Positions 27,001 through 35,787 of a stretch of DNA of 64,000 nt are shown one piece after another. Each line of letters opens with the position of its first letter. The first letter of the stretch is position 1. The stretch covers positions 3,215,027 to 3,279,026 of the forward strand of contig CAVTYD010000002.1 of NCBI GenBank assembly GCA_963738945.1, written 5' to 3'. The translations under genes were made by a program, and so were the position numbers. The notes beneath the pieces are model-generated. The model was not told the DNA's origin and did no database searches. It was given only the letters and a program-made list of their open reading frames with translations. The stretch comes from an uncultured Acidobacteriota bacterium (GTDB lineage: Bacteria > Acidobacteriota > Thermoanaerobaculia > UBA5066 > Gp7-AA6).

Positions 27001-27122
27001 TTCCGCTCACCCCCGCCGCGGGATCCCGGGCCGTGATGTGGACGGGCGTTGCGGCGGCGGTCGGGCTCGCGGCGTGGACCGCGTCGAGGTGCCGCCTTCG
27101 GCGGCCTAGCGCCCGATCGTGA
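24003..27122 (+). CDS. exported TPR-repeat CHAT-domain (caspase-like) protease with C-terminal membrane anchor
   Basis: ATG at 24003 within ORF 23847... Signal peptide ..IAGLLALAAASPARAQ, an N-terminal beta-sandwich, about 10 TPR-like repeats, CHAT dyad blocks VIHFATHA and VVLSACQTA, and C-terminal VMWTGVAAAVGLAAWTASRCRLRR. Confidence 0.85.
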   Translation: MLPRSPGSRSSRWPIAGLLALAAASPARAQGPERLLPGAALERELSSGQVAAYAIPLERGQFLRVVVEQRGIDVVVTSLDPSGREILKMDRPNGSRGNETISLIADRSGAFGMRVETLYPHAVAGRYVVRIAELRPALAADRERLAAERDIVMGQRVQGEGRFREALPFYDDAVARFGRIGDRSEQSVALFLAAIGRVLVADYARAVELYGRTRETAKLAGDVQMEARVLCRWSILIANTGRPADAIAVAEEGVALADRLGDRETEIEGLENAGYSAYLLGRYQKALECYQRALPLAREARLPTSEAWAHFGFGFTYWALSEPEKSIRSYEEALRIWRALKSLAGEAVALQGLSLSYWSIGAAQKAYDAVVQTLPVVRALKDERGEALALCSLALAEAALGRPAVALGHAREAYAIWSRLGDPRQAWAIANVATTIESLEGHEAAVASWTEALAVSRRFGNRTVESGILAIVARSDLVRHDPDAARRHAEQSIALVETIREEVTSESLRSSFLAAKQDAYAVLVDALLELDRRQPDSGYAALAFEASERGRVRGLLDGIAEAHLDLTNELPSELRERERELDERIRSLRAELVRGPSAASEERLSQAEEEWDRLVSEMRVRSPQYAALVYPKAATAKSAASALDDGTALVSYAMNDERVVVFVVGKDGVKAVPLALPSGEVAERVENFVGLVAHGARAENLGRRLYSALVEPWRARLGAGIRRVILVPDGVLNSLPFESLPDRDDPRRYLAQAFTISYAPSATVVVALAAGPRTRAAAAGALPVLVLADPSVPSALAKSNGEIDGPRFETGPLASAQSEARAVFRHGGPGSELRTGAQASERFVWTVPLERFGVIHFATHALLNQRVPSRSALLLAETAGEKDDGLLPAREIYRLKISAALVVLSACQTARGRILPGEGVQGLAQAFFHAGARSVVASLWDVSDRRTAELMSRFYDHLARGESKAAALQAAKVDLLEREPDLPPRYWASFVLIGEPGGSIPLTPAAGSRAVMWTGVAAAVGLAAWTASRCRLRRPSARS

Positions 27123-27750
27123 AGGAGTAGGGCCCGAGGCGTTGGCGGCCGAGGGGCAGCCGGACCTCGACGGTCCAGTAGTAACTCCCTCCCGCCTGGA
27201 TCCGGGTGCGGACGGCTTGCGGCAGCTCGATCCGGTCGAGGTTGCGCGCGTCGGCGTCCCAGAGCGTGTCGCCCGAGGACGCGAAGAGCCGGACGCGACA
27301 TCCCTCGGCTTCCGGCTGGGCGGGCCAGCGAAGAGTGGAGGGAGGCTCGGCGAGAGTTCGGCCGTCGGCGGGCTCGACCGCGGCGGCCGGGGGCTTTCCC
27401 CGAAGGGCGTCGACGGGCCGCTCCGACCGCTGGAGGATCAGCGCTCCGGCGGCCGCGAGGAGGACCGCGGCCGCGGCGATCGCCAGCGTCCGGAGAGCGG
27501 GTCGGGCGGACAGCCGCTTCGAGGCCAGCGCATGGACCTCAAGAAGATCGCGGTAGTCCTCGGCGCACGGCCGGCAGGAGGCGACGTGATCGCCGCACCG
27601 CGATCGGGCATCGCCTTCGAGGTCTCCAATCACCAGGGCCGCGAGGGTCTCGGCCGAGGGACAGGACGCCGATCGCTCCGATTGCAGCGTCCGATACGCG
27701 GCCCGCAGCGCCGTCGCATCTCGTTCGTCGAATCCGCCGTCGCCCTTCAA
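27106..27750 (-). CDS. anti-sigma factor (zf-HC2-like) with one TM helix and an extracytoplasmic domain
   Basis: CGDHVASCRPC motif, TM segment TLAIAAAAVLLAAAGALIL. The ATGA start overlaps the stop of the ECF sigma gene. Confidence 0.7.
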   Translation of the reverse strand: MKGDGGFDERDATALRAAYRTLQSERSASCPSAETLAALVIGDLEGDARSRCGDHVASCRPCAEDYRDLLEVHALASKRLSARPALRTLAIAAAAVLLAAAGALILQRSERPVDALRGKPPAAAVEPADGRTLAEPPSTLRWPAQPEAEGCRVRLFASSGDTLWDADARNLDRIELPQAVRTRIQAGGSYYWTVEVRLPLGRQRLGPYSFTIGR

Positions 27751-28256
27751 GCGCCGCCTCCCTTCAGCAGGCCTCGAAGACTCTCGAGTCCCCGGTAGAT
27801 GCGGTGACGCGCGACGGATGGGCTCCAGGCGTACAGGGCGGCCACCTCGACGTGGTTGAACCCCGCGAGGTACGCCCTCACGGCTCGCGACTCATCGGCC
27901 GGCAGACGCGCGAGAACCTCGGAGAGCAGGCGCGATTGTTCGACCGGCGCGAGGCCGAGATATCCGGGCGTCGGAGCGTCGGGGTCCCCGTCCCCCGGAG
28001 GGAGAGGCTCTCCGGCGGAGACGTGCCGCCGGACGACGGATAGGGCCGTGGTCAGGGCCACCTTGTAGAGGTAGGAGACGGGATGCACGATTTCTTTCCC
28101 GGACTCGAGGCGCTTCCACAGGGCGACGTATACCTCCTGCTCGACGTCGGGCACGAGCGAGCCGTACCGCCGGCTGCAGACGCGCCGAATCGCGCTCGAC
28201 ACGACGCGGGCGTGATCGCGCAGCAGGCGATCGAACTCGGCTTGCCTCTTCTCCAA
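27747..28256 (-). CDS. ECF-type RNA polymerase sigma-70 family factor
   Basis: Region 2 (DVEQEVYVALWKRL..HPVSYLYKVA) and region 4 (LPADESRAVRAYLAGFNHVEVAALYAWSPSVARHRIYRGLESLR). Start assigned to the TTG at 28256; the remainder of ORF 27747..29201 is antisense shadow. Confidence 0.8.
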   Translation of the reverse strand: MEKRQAEFDRLLRDHARVVSSAIRRVCSRRYGSLVPDVEQEVYVALWKRLESGKEIVHPVSYLYKVALTTALSVVRRHVSAGEPLPPGDGDPDAPTPGYLGLAPVEQSRLLSEVLARLPADESRAVRAYLAGFNHVEVAALYAWSPSVARHRIYRGLESLRGLLKGGGA

Positions 28257-28268
28257 GGCATCACTCGA

Positions 28269-28706
28269 ATGGAGACGCCCTATTATGGGCGGATTTTGAA
28301 GTCCCCCTGGGAGAAGTTCTCGTTGCCCTCCGGTGTCCCGGCCTATGCCCGCGGAGAGTCGGCCGAGTTCGTCCGCGCCGCGCGGGAGATCTTCGGGCCG
28401 CTCATCGAGCGCGTCGCGCGCTTCCCGGCCGGCCGGCACCCGTGGCTGATGTCCGAGGTTCCGGGGGAGGGTTCGCTGACGTCCTTCTTCGGGGAGCTCG
28501 CCGCGGGTCTCGAGCCCGCCGGGTCTCTCTGGGTGGTCTTTCCGAAGAAGCCCTTTGCCGAAAAGCTCTCGTTTCCGTATCTCTGGCTCGACATCCAGAG
28601 AGCGGGCCTCTCCGCCGGCCTCGTGGACAACAGGGTCGCCGCGTTCTCGCCGCGCCTGACCGCCCTGCGCTTCGTCGTCCCCCTTTCCCGGCGCGGACGG
28701 ACGTGA
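28269..28706 (+). CDS. small conserved hypothetical protein (DUF3052-like, tentative)
   Basis: ATG at 28269 inside ORF 28083..28706. SLWVVFPKK and GLVDNRVAAFSPRLTALRFV resemble DUF3052 as I recall it. Confidence 0.45.
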   Translation: METPYYGRILKSPWEKFSLPSGVPAYARGESAEFVRAAREIFGPLIERVARFPAGRHPWLMSEVPGEGSLTSFFGELAAGLEPAGSLWVVFPKKPFAEKLSFPYLWLDIQRAGLSAGLVDNRVAAFSPRLTALRFVVPLSRRGRT

Positions 28707-28737
28707 CCGGGGCGCTGCCGTTAGAATCGTCCGCTCC

Positions 28738-30084
28738 ATGACTTCCTCTTCTCCGGTCACGGTCGTCGGCGCCGGGCTCGCGGGCTCGGAGTGCGCCTGG
28801 CAGCTCGCGCGCCGGGGGCACCGCGTGCGCCTCCACGAGATGCGGCCGAAGGTGAGCACGTCGGCGCACCAGTCGGACCGCTGCGCCGAGCTGGTCTGCT
28901 CGAACTCCTTTCGCTCGGACAATCCCCGCAATGCCGTGGGCCTGCTCAAGCGCGAAATGGAGGCGCTCGACTCGCTCGTCATCCGGTCGGCGAGGGCGGC
29001 GGCGGTGCCGGCCGGGGACGCGCTCGCGATGGACCGGAACGTCTTCGCGACGCTCGTCACGGAGGCCCTCGCCGCGTGTCCCGAGATCGAGCTCGTCCGC
29101 GAAGAAGTGCGGGAGATCCCGGCCCGGGGTCTCGTCGTCCTCGCGACGGGTCCGCTGACCTCGCCGGCCCTCGACCGGGCGATCGGCGACCTTCTCGGCA
29201 CCGAAGACCTCTACTTCTACGACTCCATGGCACCGATCGTCGAGGCCTCCTCGCTCGACTTCTCGAAGATGTACGCGCTCTCGCGCTACGGAAAGGGCGG
29301 CGGCGAGGACTACTGGAACTGTCCGCTCGGCCGCGAGGATTACGAGCGCTTCCTCGACGCCCTGCTCTCGGGCGAGATCGTCGCCGTCAAGGACTTCGAG
29401 AAGGGGATCTACTTCGAGGGATGTCTGCCGATCGAGGTCATGGCCGAGCGCGGACGCGAGACGCTGCGCCACGGGCCGATGAAGCCGATGGGGCTTCCGG
29501 ATCCCCGGACGGGAAAAAACCCGTGGGCCGTGGTCCAGCTGCGCCAGGACGACCTCGCGAAGGAGCACTACAACCTGGTCGGGTTCCAGACGAAGCTGAA
29601 GATTCCCGAGCAGCAGCGCGTCTTCCGGATGATTCCGGGTCTCGAGAACGCGGTCTTCGCGCGCTACGGAATGCTCCATCGCAACACGTACATCCACTCC
29701 CCGGCGCACCTCGACCGGTTCTGGCGCATGCGCCGCGAGCCGAGGCTCTTTTTCGCCGGCCAGATCACCGGCGTCGAAGGCTACGTCGAGAGCGCGGCGA
29801 CGGGCCTGGCGGTCGGCCTGGCGGTCTCGCAGCTGCTCGAGGGGCGCGAGCCCGTGCCGATCCCGTACACGACGGCGATCGGCTCGCTCGCGCGGCATTG
29901 CTCCGAACGGCCGCCGCAGGAAAAGTTCGAGCCGATGAACGTGACGTTCGGAATGATCGAAGACACGTCGCACTCGCCCGTGCGGGACAAGCAGCTGCGC
30001 CGGCAGCGGATGGTCGAGCGGGCGCTCTCGGCGATCGGGGCCTGGAAGGCCGAAATACAACCCGCGGCCGCGGCCGTTTCGTAG
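28738..30084 (+). CDS. trmFO: methylenetetrahydrofolate--tRNA-(uracil-5-)-methyltransferase TrmFO (Gid)
   Basis: VVGAGLAGSECAWQLA FAD fold, ELVCSNSFRSD, FAGQITGVEGYVESAATG. Confidence 0.95.
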   Translation: MTSSSPVTVVGAGLAGSECAWQLARRGHRVRLHEMRPKVSTSAHQSDRCAELVCSNSFRSDNPRNAVGLLKREMEALDSLVIRSARAAAVPAGDALAMDRNVFATLVTEALAACPEIELVREEVREIPARGLVVLATGPLTSPALDRAIGDLLGTEDLYFYDSMAPIVEASSLDFSKMYALSRYGKGGGEDYWNCPLGREDYERFLDALLSGEIVAVKDFEKGIYFEGCLPIEVMAERGRETLRHGPMKPMGLPDPRTGKNPWAVVQLRQDDLAKEHYNLVGFQTKLKIPEQQRVFRMIPGLENAVFARYGMLHRNTYIHSPAHLDRFWRMRREPRLFFAGQITGVEGYVESAATGLAVGLAVSQLLEGREPVPIPYTTAIGSLARHCSERPPQEKFEPMNVTFGMIEDTSHSPVRDKQLRRQRMVERALSAIGAWKAEIQPAAAAVS

Positions 30085-30098
30085 GCGGAGAAGAGCAC

Positions 30099-31064
30099 AT
30101 GCTCGACTGGGACCACATCCAGCAGGCCCGGAAGCGCCTCGACGGCGTCGCGCATCGCACACCCGTTCTCACGTCGCATCAGTTCGACGAGGCGGCGGGC
30201 GCGACGGTCTTCTTCAAGGCCGAGAACCTTCAGCGCGGCGGCGCCTTCAAGTTCCGCGGCGCCTACAACAAGATCAAGGCCGAGACCGAGCGCGGCCCGG
30301 TTTCGGCGGTCGTCGCGTTCTCGTCGGGAAACCACGCGCAGGCGGTGGCGCTCGTGTCGCGCCTGCTCGGAATCCGCGCGACGGTCGTGATGCCGACCGA
30401 CGCCCCGAAGGCGAAGATCGAGGCCACGCGCGGTTACGGCGCCGAGGTCGTCCTCTATGACCGGGCGACCCAGAGCCGCGACGACGTGGCCGAGGAAATC
30501 TGCCGCGAACGGGGAGCGGTTCTCATACCGCCCTTCGACGACGAGCTCATCATGGCGGGTCAGGCGACGGGCGCGGTGGAGCTCTTCGAGGATGTTCCCC
30601 GGCTCGACGCCGTCGTCGTCCCGGTGTCGGGCGGCGGCCTTCTCGGCGGCTGGGCGACGGCGGCGAAGAAGCTCCAGCCGTCGATCGTCATCTACGGCGC
30701 GGAGCCCGAGGCCGCCTCGGACACCAAGCAGTCGCTCGCGGCCGGCCGCCGGATCGAAGTCGCCGAGAACCCGACGATCGCCGACGGGCTCCGCGTGACG
30801 TCTCCCGGAAAGCTCACCTTCCCGATCGTGCAGCAGACCGTGCGGGACATCCTCCTCGTCTCCGACGACGAGATGATCGAGACGCTCACCTTCATGCTCG
30901 AGCGCATGAAAGTCCTCGTCGAGCCGTCGGGGGCCGCCGCCGCGGCCGCCGTCCGCCACAGGAAGGCGGACTTTTCGGGCCGGCGCGTGGGCGTCGTGCT
31001 CTCGGGCGGCAACGTGGATCTGCCGCGCCTCTCCGAGTACATCGCGGCGAGAAAGCGCCTTTGA
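30099..31064 (+). CDS. PLP-dependent threonine/serine ammonia-lyase family protein
   Basis: ENLQRGGAFKFRGAYN (PLP lysine block), FSSGNHAQAVA, PVSGGGLLGG. ATG at 30099 inside ORF 28791..31064. Confidence 0.85.
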   Translation: MLDWDHIQQARKRLDGVAHRTPVLTSHQFDEAAGATVFFKAENLQRGGAFKFRGAYNKIKAETERGPVSAVVAFSSGNHAQAVALVSRLLGIRATVVMPTDAPKAKIEATRGYGAEVVLYDRATQSRDDVAEEICRERGAVLIPPFDDELIMAGQATGAVELFEDVPRLDAVVVPVSGGGLLGGWATAAKKLQPSIVIYGAEPEAASDTKQSLAAGRRIEVAENPTIADGLRVTSPGKLTFPIVQQTVRDILLVSDDEMIETLTFMLERMKVLVEPSGAAAAAAVRHRKADFSGRRVGVVLSGGNVDLPRLSEYIAARKRL

Positions 31065-31723
31065 GCTTCCTAAAATTCGGCCGCGGGCGCGGGGCGTCGG
31101 CTACGAAGTGGCCCGTGATCGCGTCCCTGGTGCTCGGCGGCGCCTCGGCGGCATTCCCGGCCTGCCGGGGACGCGCGTCCGCCCCGGCCATCGAAGCCTC
31201 CGGATCCGCGCGGCCCGAGCCGAACAAGGCGATCGCGGTCGGCGACCTCGTTCCCGACTTCGCCCTGACCGATCAGAACGGAAGGACCGTGCGGCTGTCG
31301 CAGTTTCGCGGCGAGCCGCTGGCGGTGACCTTCGCCTACACCCGCTGTCCCGACGCGACCGCGTGCCCGATGACCATGTCGAAGTTCGCGAAGTTGAACG
31401 CCGAGCTCGTCAAGGAGAAGAACGGGCGCCTGCTCGCCGTGACCGTCGATCCCGAGACGGACACACCCGCCGTCCTCGCGGACTATGCGCGGAGGATCGG
31501 CGCGGACCCGGAGCGCTGGAGGTTTTTGACCGGAGACCCGCGGACGCTGGCGCGGGTCGCCGAGGTGTTCGGCGTCCTGTACTACCCGGAGCACGGCAAG
31601 ATCGTCCACTCTCAGGCCGTCGCGGTCGTGGATCCGCAGGGAAGGCTTGCGACGATCTACTACGGCGGGGATTGGGAACCGGAACAGATCCTGAAGGATC
31701 TCGAGAAAGCGAGGAATGGATGA
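31061..31723 (+). CDS. SCO1/SenC-family copper chaperone (thioredoxin fold)
   Basis: FAYTRCPDATACP metal-binding block, VTVDPETDTP, FLTG, H in KIVHSQ. Confidence 0.8.
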   Translation: MSFLKFGRGRGASATKWPVIASLVLGGASAAFPACRGRASAPAIEASGSARPEPNKAIAVGDLVPDFALTDQNGRTVRLSQFRGEPLAVTFAYTRCPDATACPMTMSKFAKLNAELVKEKNGRLLAVTVDPETDTPAVLADYARRIGADPERWRFLTGDPRTLARVAEVFGVLYYPEHGKIVHSQAVAVVDPQGRLATIYYGGDWEPEQILKDLEKARNG

Positions 31724-32064
31724 GCAGAGCCCGAATCCTGGCAGGCCTGGTCCTTGGCGCGGCCGCCGCGCTCGGCGTGACGGCGTATGCCACCGAGACC
31801 CACCCGTCGGAGCTCTTCAAGCAGTACTGCGCCAAGTGCCACGGCGACGACGGCAAGGCCGACACGGCGCGCGGCCGCCACCTGAAGGCCCGCAACTTCA
31901 CCGACGCCGAATGGCAGGCCGGAGTCACGGACGCCGAGCTCATCAAGTCGGTCACCGAGGGCAAGGACGACGACATGCCGCCCTTCGGGAAGAAGCTGAC
32001 GCCGGAGCAGATCGAGAGCCTGGTCAGGAACGACGTGAGGGGATTCGCGCCGGCGAAGAAGTAA
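31720..32064 (+). CDS. monohaem c-type cytochrome
   Basis: Signal peptide MSRARILAGLVLGAAAALGVTAYA, haem motif CAKCH, distal MPPF. The start overlaps the SCO stop. Confidence 0.8.
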   Translation: MSRARILAGLVLGAAAALGVTAYATETHPSELFKQYCAKCHGDDGKADTARGRHLKARNFTDAEWQAGVTDAELIKSVTEGKDDDMPPFGKKLTPEQIESLVRNDVRGFAPAKK

Positions 32065-32077
32065 GCTCGAGGCCGAA

Positions 32078-33460
32078 ATGAGGCGGCCGGGGCGAAAGCG
32101 GCGCGGGATCGTTGGCGCGCTCGCGCTCCCTCTGGCGGCGGCCGTTCTCGCGGTCGGCTGCGGCGGCGCCTCGCCCCCGGCCGCGGGGGCCCGAAAAAAC
32201 GTCCTTCTCGTCGTGGTGGACACGCTTCGCGACGACGCGGGCGGGGGAGGGACACCGGGCCCCGACGCGGCGATCCCCGAGTCTCTGCGAACGCGCGGCC
32301 GCCACTTCGTGCGCGCGCTCTCGGCGGGCATCCAGACCAAGCCGAGCATGATGGCGCTCTTCACGGGCTTCTACCCGTCGGAGTCCGGCCTCGTCGTCAA
32401 CGGCGCGAAGGTGCTGAATCCACCGGGGCCGATGCTCGCCGAGAGGCTGCAGAAAGCCGGGTTCGCCACGGCCGCGGTCGTCAGCAACCCGAATCTCGTC
32501 GGCCAGGGCCTCGGATTCGACCGCGGTTTCGAGGAGTTCGACGCGCGGATGACGGGCCGCGAGCCGAACCGGCCGACCGGCACGCGCAACGCCGCCGAGA
32601 CGACCGAGGCCGCGCTCGAGAAGCTCGACCGGCTCTCGAGGGAGAAGCGGCCGTGGTTCCTGTGGGTGCACTACCTCGAGCCTCACGGTCCCTATCGGCC
32701 GCCGCCGCCCTTTCTCGAAGTCCCCGCGGATCCCGGCGCCCCGCTGCCCGTGGCGGAGAGCGACTTCGCGGCCCGGGGCACGATCCCTCGATACCAGTTC
32801 CTGCCCGAGTGTCGCGGCCGGAACGACTACATCGCCCGCTATCGCGGGTATGCCCCGTACGCGCTGTCGGAGGTCGAGCGCCTCCTGAAGCGGGTCTATG
32901 CCTCGCCAACGCTTTCCCACACCATCGTGATTTTCACGGCCGACCACGGCGAGTTTCTGGGAGAGCAGGATTACTGGTTTCAGCACGGGATTCGCATCGA
33001 CCCGGTCCTTTTCCATGTTCCCCTGGTCGTCGCGGCGTCGCCGGAGGAGCCGCGGCGCGAGGAGAGCCGTTTCGTCGGCCACCTGGACCTGGTCGCCTCG
33101 CTGCTTTCCCTTCTGGGGCTGCCGCCCGCCGCGACCCGGGGCGAGGATTTCCTCTCGCCGCCGGAGAGACGGCGCGAGCCGCTGATCGTCGAGAACGTGG
33201 CCCTTCCCGGAACCCTCGAAATGGGCGTCCTCGCCGGAGATTCGATCGTGGTCGAATCGAATCGGGAGCCGCCGGCGGAGTTCGTGGCCGACGCGCCGGT
33301 CTGGGCCTCCCGCGCGCCGGACGAGGCGGCCGTCCGCCGGACCGCCGACGTCCTGAGGCCGCTCGTGGCGAAAATCCGGAACACGCGGGCCGAGACGCAT
33401 GAAATGACGCCGGAGGAGATCCGGACGCTCCGTTCCCTCGGTTACGTCGGAGGTTCCTGA
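32078..33460 (+). CDS. alkaline-phosphatase-superfamily (sulfatase-like) lipoprotein with Thr at the nucleophile position
   Basis: Lipobox LAVGC. VVVDTLRDD. TKPSMMALFTG where sulfatases carry C/S-x-P-x-R. FTADHGE. Confidence 0.75.
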   Translation: MRRPGRKRRGIVGALALPLAAAVLAVGCGGASPPAAGARKNVLLVVVDTLRDDAGGGGTPGPDAAIPESLRTRGRHFVRALSAGIQTKPSMMALFTGFYPSESGLVVNGAKVLNPPGPMLAERLQKAGFATAAVVSNPNLVGQGLGFDRGFEEFDARMTGREPNRPTGTRNAAETTEAALEKLDRLSREKRPWFLWVHYLEPHGPYRPPPPFLEVPADPGAPLPVAESDFAARGTIPRYQFLPECRGRNDYIARYRGYAPYALSEVERLLKRVYASPTLSHTIVIFTADHGEFLGEQDYWFQHGIRIDPVLFHVPLVVAASPEEPRREESRFVGHLDLVASLLSLLGLPPAATRGEDFLSPPERRREPLIVENVALPGTLEMGVLAGDSIVVESNREPPAEFVADAPVWASRAPDEAAVRRTADVLRPLVAKIRNTRAETHEMTPEEIRTLRSLGYVGGS

Positions 33461-33477
33461 ATCGCGCCCCCCGGCCC

Positions 33478-34749
33478 TCAGTAGACGGCGTCTTCGAGCG
33501 AGACGCCGAAGATCCCCGAGTACATCTTCGGGAAGAAGTGCGTGGATTTCTGCGGCAGCCGGTCGCCGGCGCCGACCACGGCCTCGACGTCGGAGATCGT
33601 CGTCGGGCGCATGAGAACGGCGGCCTGCGCCTCGGCCTTCTCGACCGCGGCGATTGCGGCGTCGGCATCCGAGGTGAACGAGACGTTCTCTCCGCGGGCG
33701 ATGGCGTCCGGTCCGATCGAGAGGAGCCGCTCGAAAAACGCGACCTCGAGCGCCGAGACGTCCAGCCCCTTCCAGGCCTCCGAGCGGCCGGCGGGCCAGG
33801 GCAGAGGCGCCGGGTTCTCGCGCAGGGTCAGGAGCGTCGGCGGGGCCGGCGGCGCGTGGAGCACGAACGCCGGACGGATGCGCGAGTGCGTCTGCAGGGC
33901 CTCGTACGCGGCGCGGGCATTCGTGAAGGGGATCGCCTCGAAATACGGCCGCGCGGACTCGAGCACGCGCGCGGGATTCCAGGCGGGCACGGCCGAGAGG
34001 AGCCGGTGGATCGGTCGGACGACGACGCCGGGGGAGGCCATGTCCACGATCGCGCAGAGCTTGTAGCGGGCGCCGGGGAGCTTGGCGGCCGCCGGATCCT
34101 TCGAGAACGCGAGCGCCGTTTCGTAGCGATGATGGCCGTCGGCGATGATGGCCTCGGCGTTCTTGACGAGGCCCTGCAGCTCGACGTGCGCGGCGTAGTC
34201 GGAGATGCGAAACGCGTCGTGGCGCACGCCGTCCGGGTCGGTCGCCGAGAGCGCCGGGGTGCGCCGCGTGGAGAGGGCGTTGGCGAGGGGAGCCCGCGTG
34301 AGCAGGAACACGAGCTCGAGGTCGGCCTTCGTGGCCGCGAGCAGGGCCAGGCGGTCCTGCTTGGGCTTGGCGAGCGTGCGCTCGTGCGGGCGCACGATTC
34401 CGGACTCGTACTCGGCCAGCCGGACGAGGCCCACGAGGGCGTCGCGCACGACGGTCCGGCCCCCTTCCGAGAACGTCTGCCGGTAGATCCAGAGGGCCGG
34501 GCGCTTCTCCTTTTCGAGCGTGCCGCCGGCGAGCCAGTCGGCGAGGGTCTTCGCGGCTCCCGCGTACGGATCCGCCTCGTCCCTCTTCCGCCAGGTGACC
34601 CGGACGATGTTTTCGGGAGCCTGGGCGTAGAGGCGCTCCTGACCGAGCGGCGAGATCTGGTCGTAGGGAGGCGCGAAGACCGCCGAAAGCCCCCGCTCCC
34701 TCAAGACGCGCGGGGAGAAGCGAATCGATCGAAACGGCCGCAGTTCCAT
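33478..34749 (-). CDS. DUF1015-family protein
   Basis: MELRPFRSIRF start (ATG at 34749), PPYDQIS, IIADGHHRYETA. Confidence 0.8.
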   Translation of the reverse strand: MELRPFRSIRFSPRVLRERGLSAVFAPPYDQISPLGQERLYAQAPENIVRVTWRKRDEADPYAGAAKTLADWLAGGTLEKEKRPALWIYRQTFSEGGRTVVRDALVGLVRLAEYESGIVRPHERTLAKPKQDRLALLAATKADLELVFLLTRAPLANALSTRRTPALSATDPDGVRHDAFRISDYAAHVELQGLVKNAEAIIADGHHRYETALAFSKDPAAAKLPGARYKLCAIVDMASPGVVVRPIHRLLSAVPAWNPARVLESARPYFEAIPFTNARAAYEALQTHSRIRPAFVLHAPPAPPTLLTLRENPAPLPWPAGRSEAWKGLDVSALEVAFFERLLSIGPDAIARGENVSFTSDADAAIAAVEKAEAQAAVLMRPTTISDVEAVVGAGDRLPQKSTHFFPKMYSGIFGVSLEDAVY

Positions 34750-34855
34750 GGGCGGACATTTTATGCGGTCCGCCTCGCGGATCGACCGACGGGAGAGGGA
34801 ACGTCGTCTGCCGCGCGCTCCCGGGAGAGTTGCCGATCCCGCTACACTGTAGACA

Positions 34856-35785
34856 GTGATCTCGCTCTCCCGGGCCATCGACGGCTTCGAGCGGTACGTG
34901 GCCGACGAGCGGCGCTACTCGCCCCGGACGGTCCTCGCGTACCGCGCCGATCTCGACCGGTTCGCCGGCTTCTGGGAGCGGGAGTTTGCACACGAAAACG
35001 CGGGCAAGACGCCGCTCGGCAAGCTCGACACTCTGGCCGTGCGGTCCTACCTCGCGTCGCTCCACCGCGCCCGGCTCTCCAACCGCTCGCTCGCCCGGCA
35101 CCTGTCGACCCTGCGGTCGTTTTTTCGGTGGGCCTGCCGCGAGGGGCATCTGGCGAAGAGTCCGGCCATGGGTCTTCCTTCGCCGCGCGTTCCGAAGAGC
35201 CTTCCCCGGGCCATGACCCTTCCCGATACCGAGCGCCTTCTCGAGGCCGACGATGACGACGCCTTCGTCCCGGAACGCGAGCGCGCCCTCTTCGAGCTCC
35301 TCTATGCCACGGGACTGCGCGTCTCCGAGGCGGCGGGGCTCGATCTGGAAGACGTGGACTTCCCGTCGCGGCTGGTGCGCGTCACGGGAAAGGGAAACCG
35401 GGAGCGGATCGTGCCCTTCGGCGAGGCCGCGGGCGAGGCGCTCGAAGGCTATCTGCCGGCACGCCGGCAGTTGCGCCGCCTCGCCGGCGAGGGCGACGGC
35501 GACTCGAGCGAGCCGCTGTTCGTCAACGCGCGAGGAGGGCGCCTGACGACGCGCTCCATGGCCCGCCTCCTGAAGCGCCGGCTCCGGGCCGCGGGGCTTC
35601 CGGCCGAAATCTCTCCGCACGCCCTGCGGCACACCTTCGCGACTCACCTGCTGCAGGCCGGCGCCGACCTGCGCGCGATCCAGGAGCTCCTCGGCCATGC
35701 CTCGCTCTCGACGACGCAGAAGTACACCCACCTCGACGCGGCGCGGCTGCGCGAGGTGTATCGCAGCGCACACCCGAAGGCCTGA
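34856..35785 (+). CDS. xerC: tyrosine site-specific recombinase XerC/XerD family
   Basis: [35 protein letters not shown]. Position upstream of hslV as in codV/xerC loci. Confidence 0.85.
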   Translation: MISLSRAIDGFERYVADERRYSPRTVLAYRADLDRFAGFWEREFAHENAGKTPLGKLDTLAVRSYLASLHRARLSNRSLARHLSTLRSFFRWACREGHLAKSPAMGLPSPRVPKSLPRAMTLPDTERLLEADDDDAFVPERERALFELLYATGLRVSEAAGLDLEDVDFPSRLVRVTGKGNRERIVPFGEAAGEALEGYLPARRQLRRLAGEGDGDSSEPLFVNARGGRLTTRSMARLLKRRLRAAGLPAEISPHALRHTFATHLLQAGADLRAIQELLGHASLSTTQKYTHLDAARLREVYRSAHPKA

Positions 35786-35787
35786 GA

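Noticed and set aside
24003-27122. TPR-CHAT protein as a Craspase/Csx29-like or other anti-phage defence protease.
   Set aside because: The signal peptide and C-terminal anchor indicate an extracytoplasmic location. No cas genes, CRISPR array, nuclease, or NTPase/STAND partner is nearby. The neighbours are an ECF sigma pair and a surface protein.
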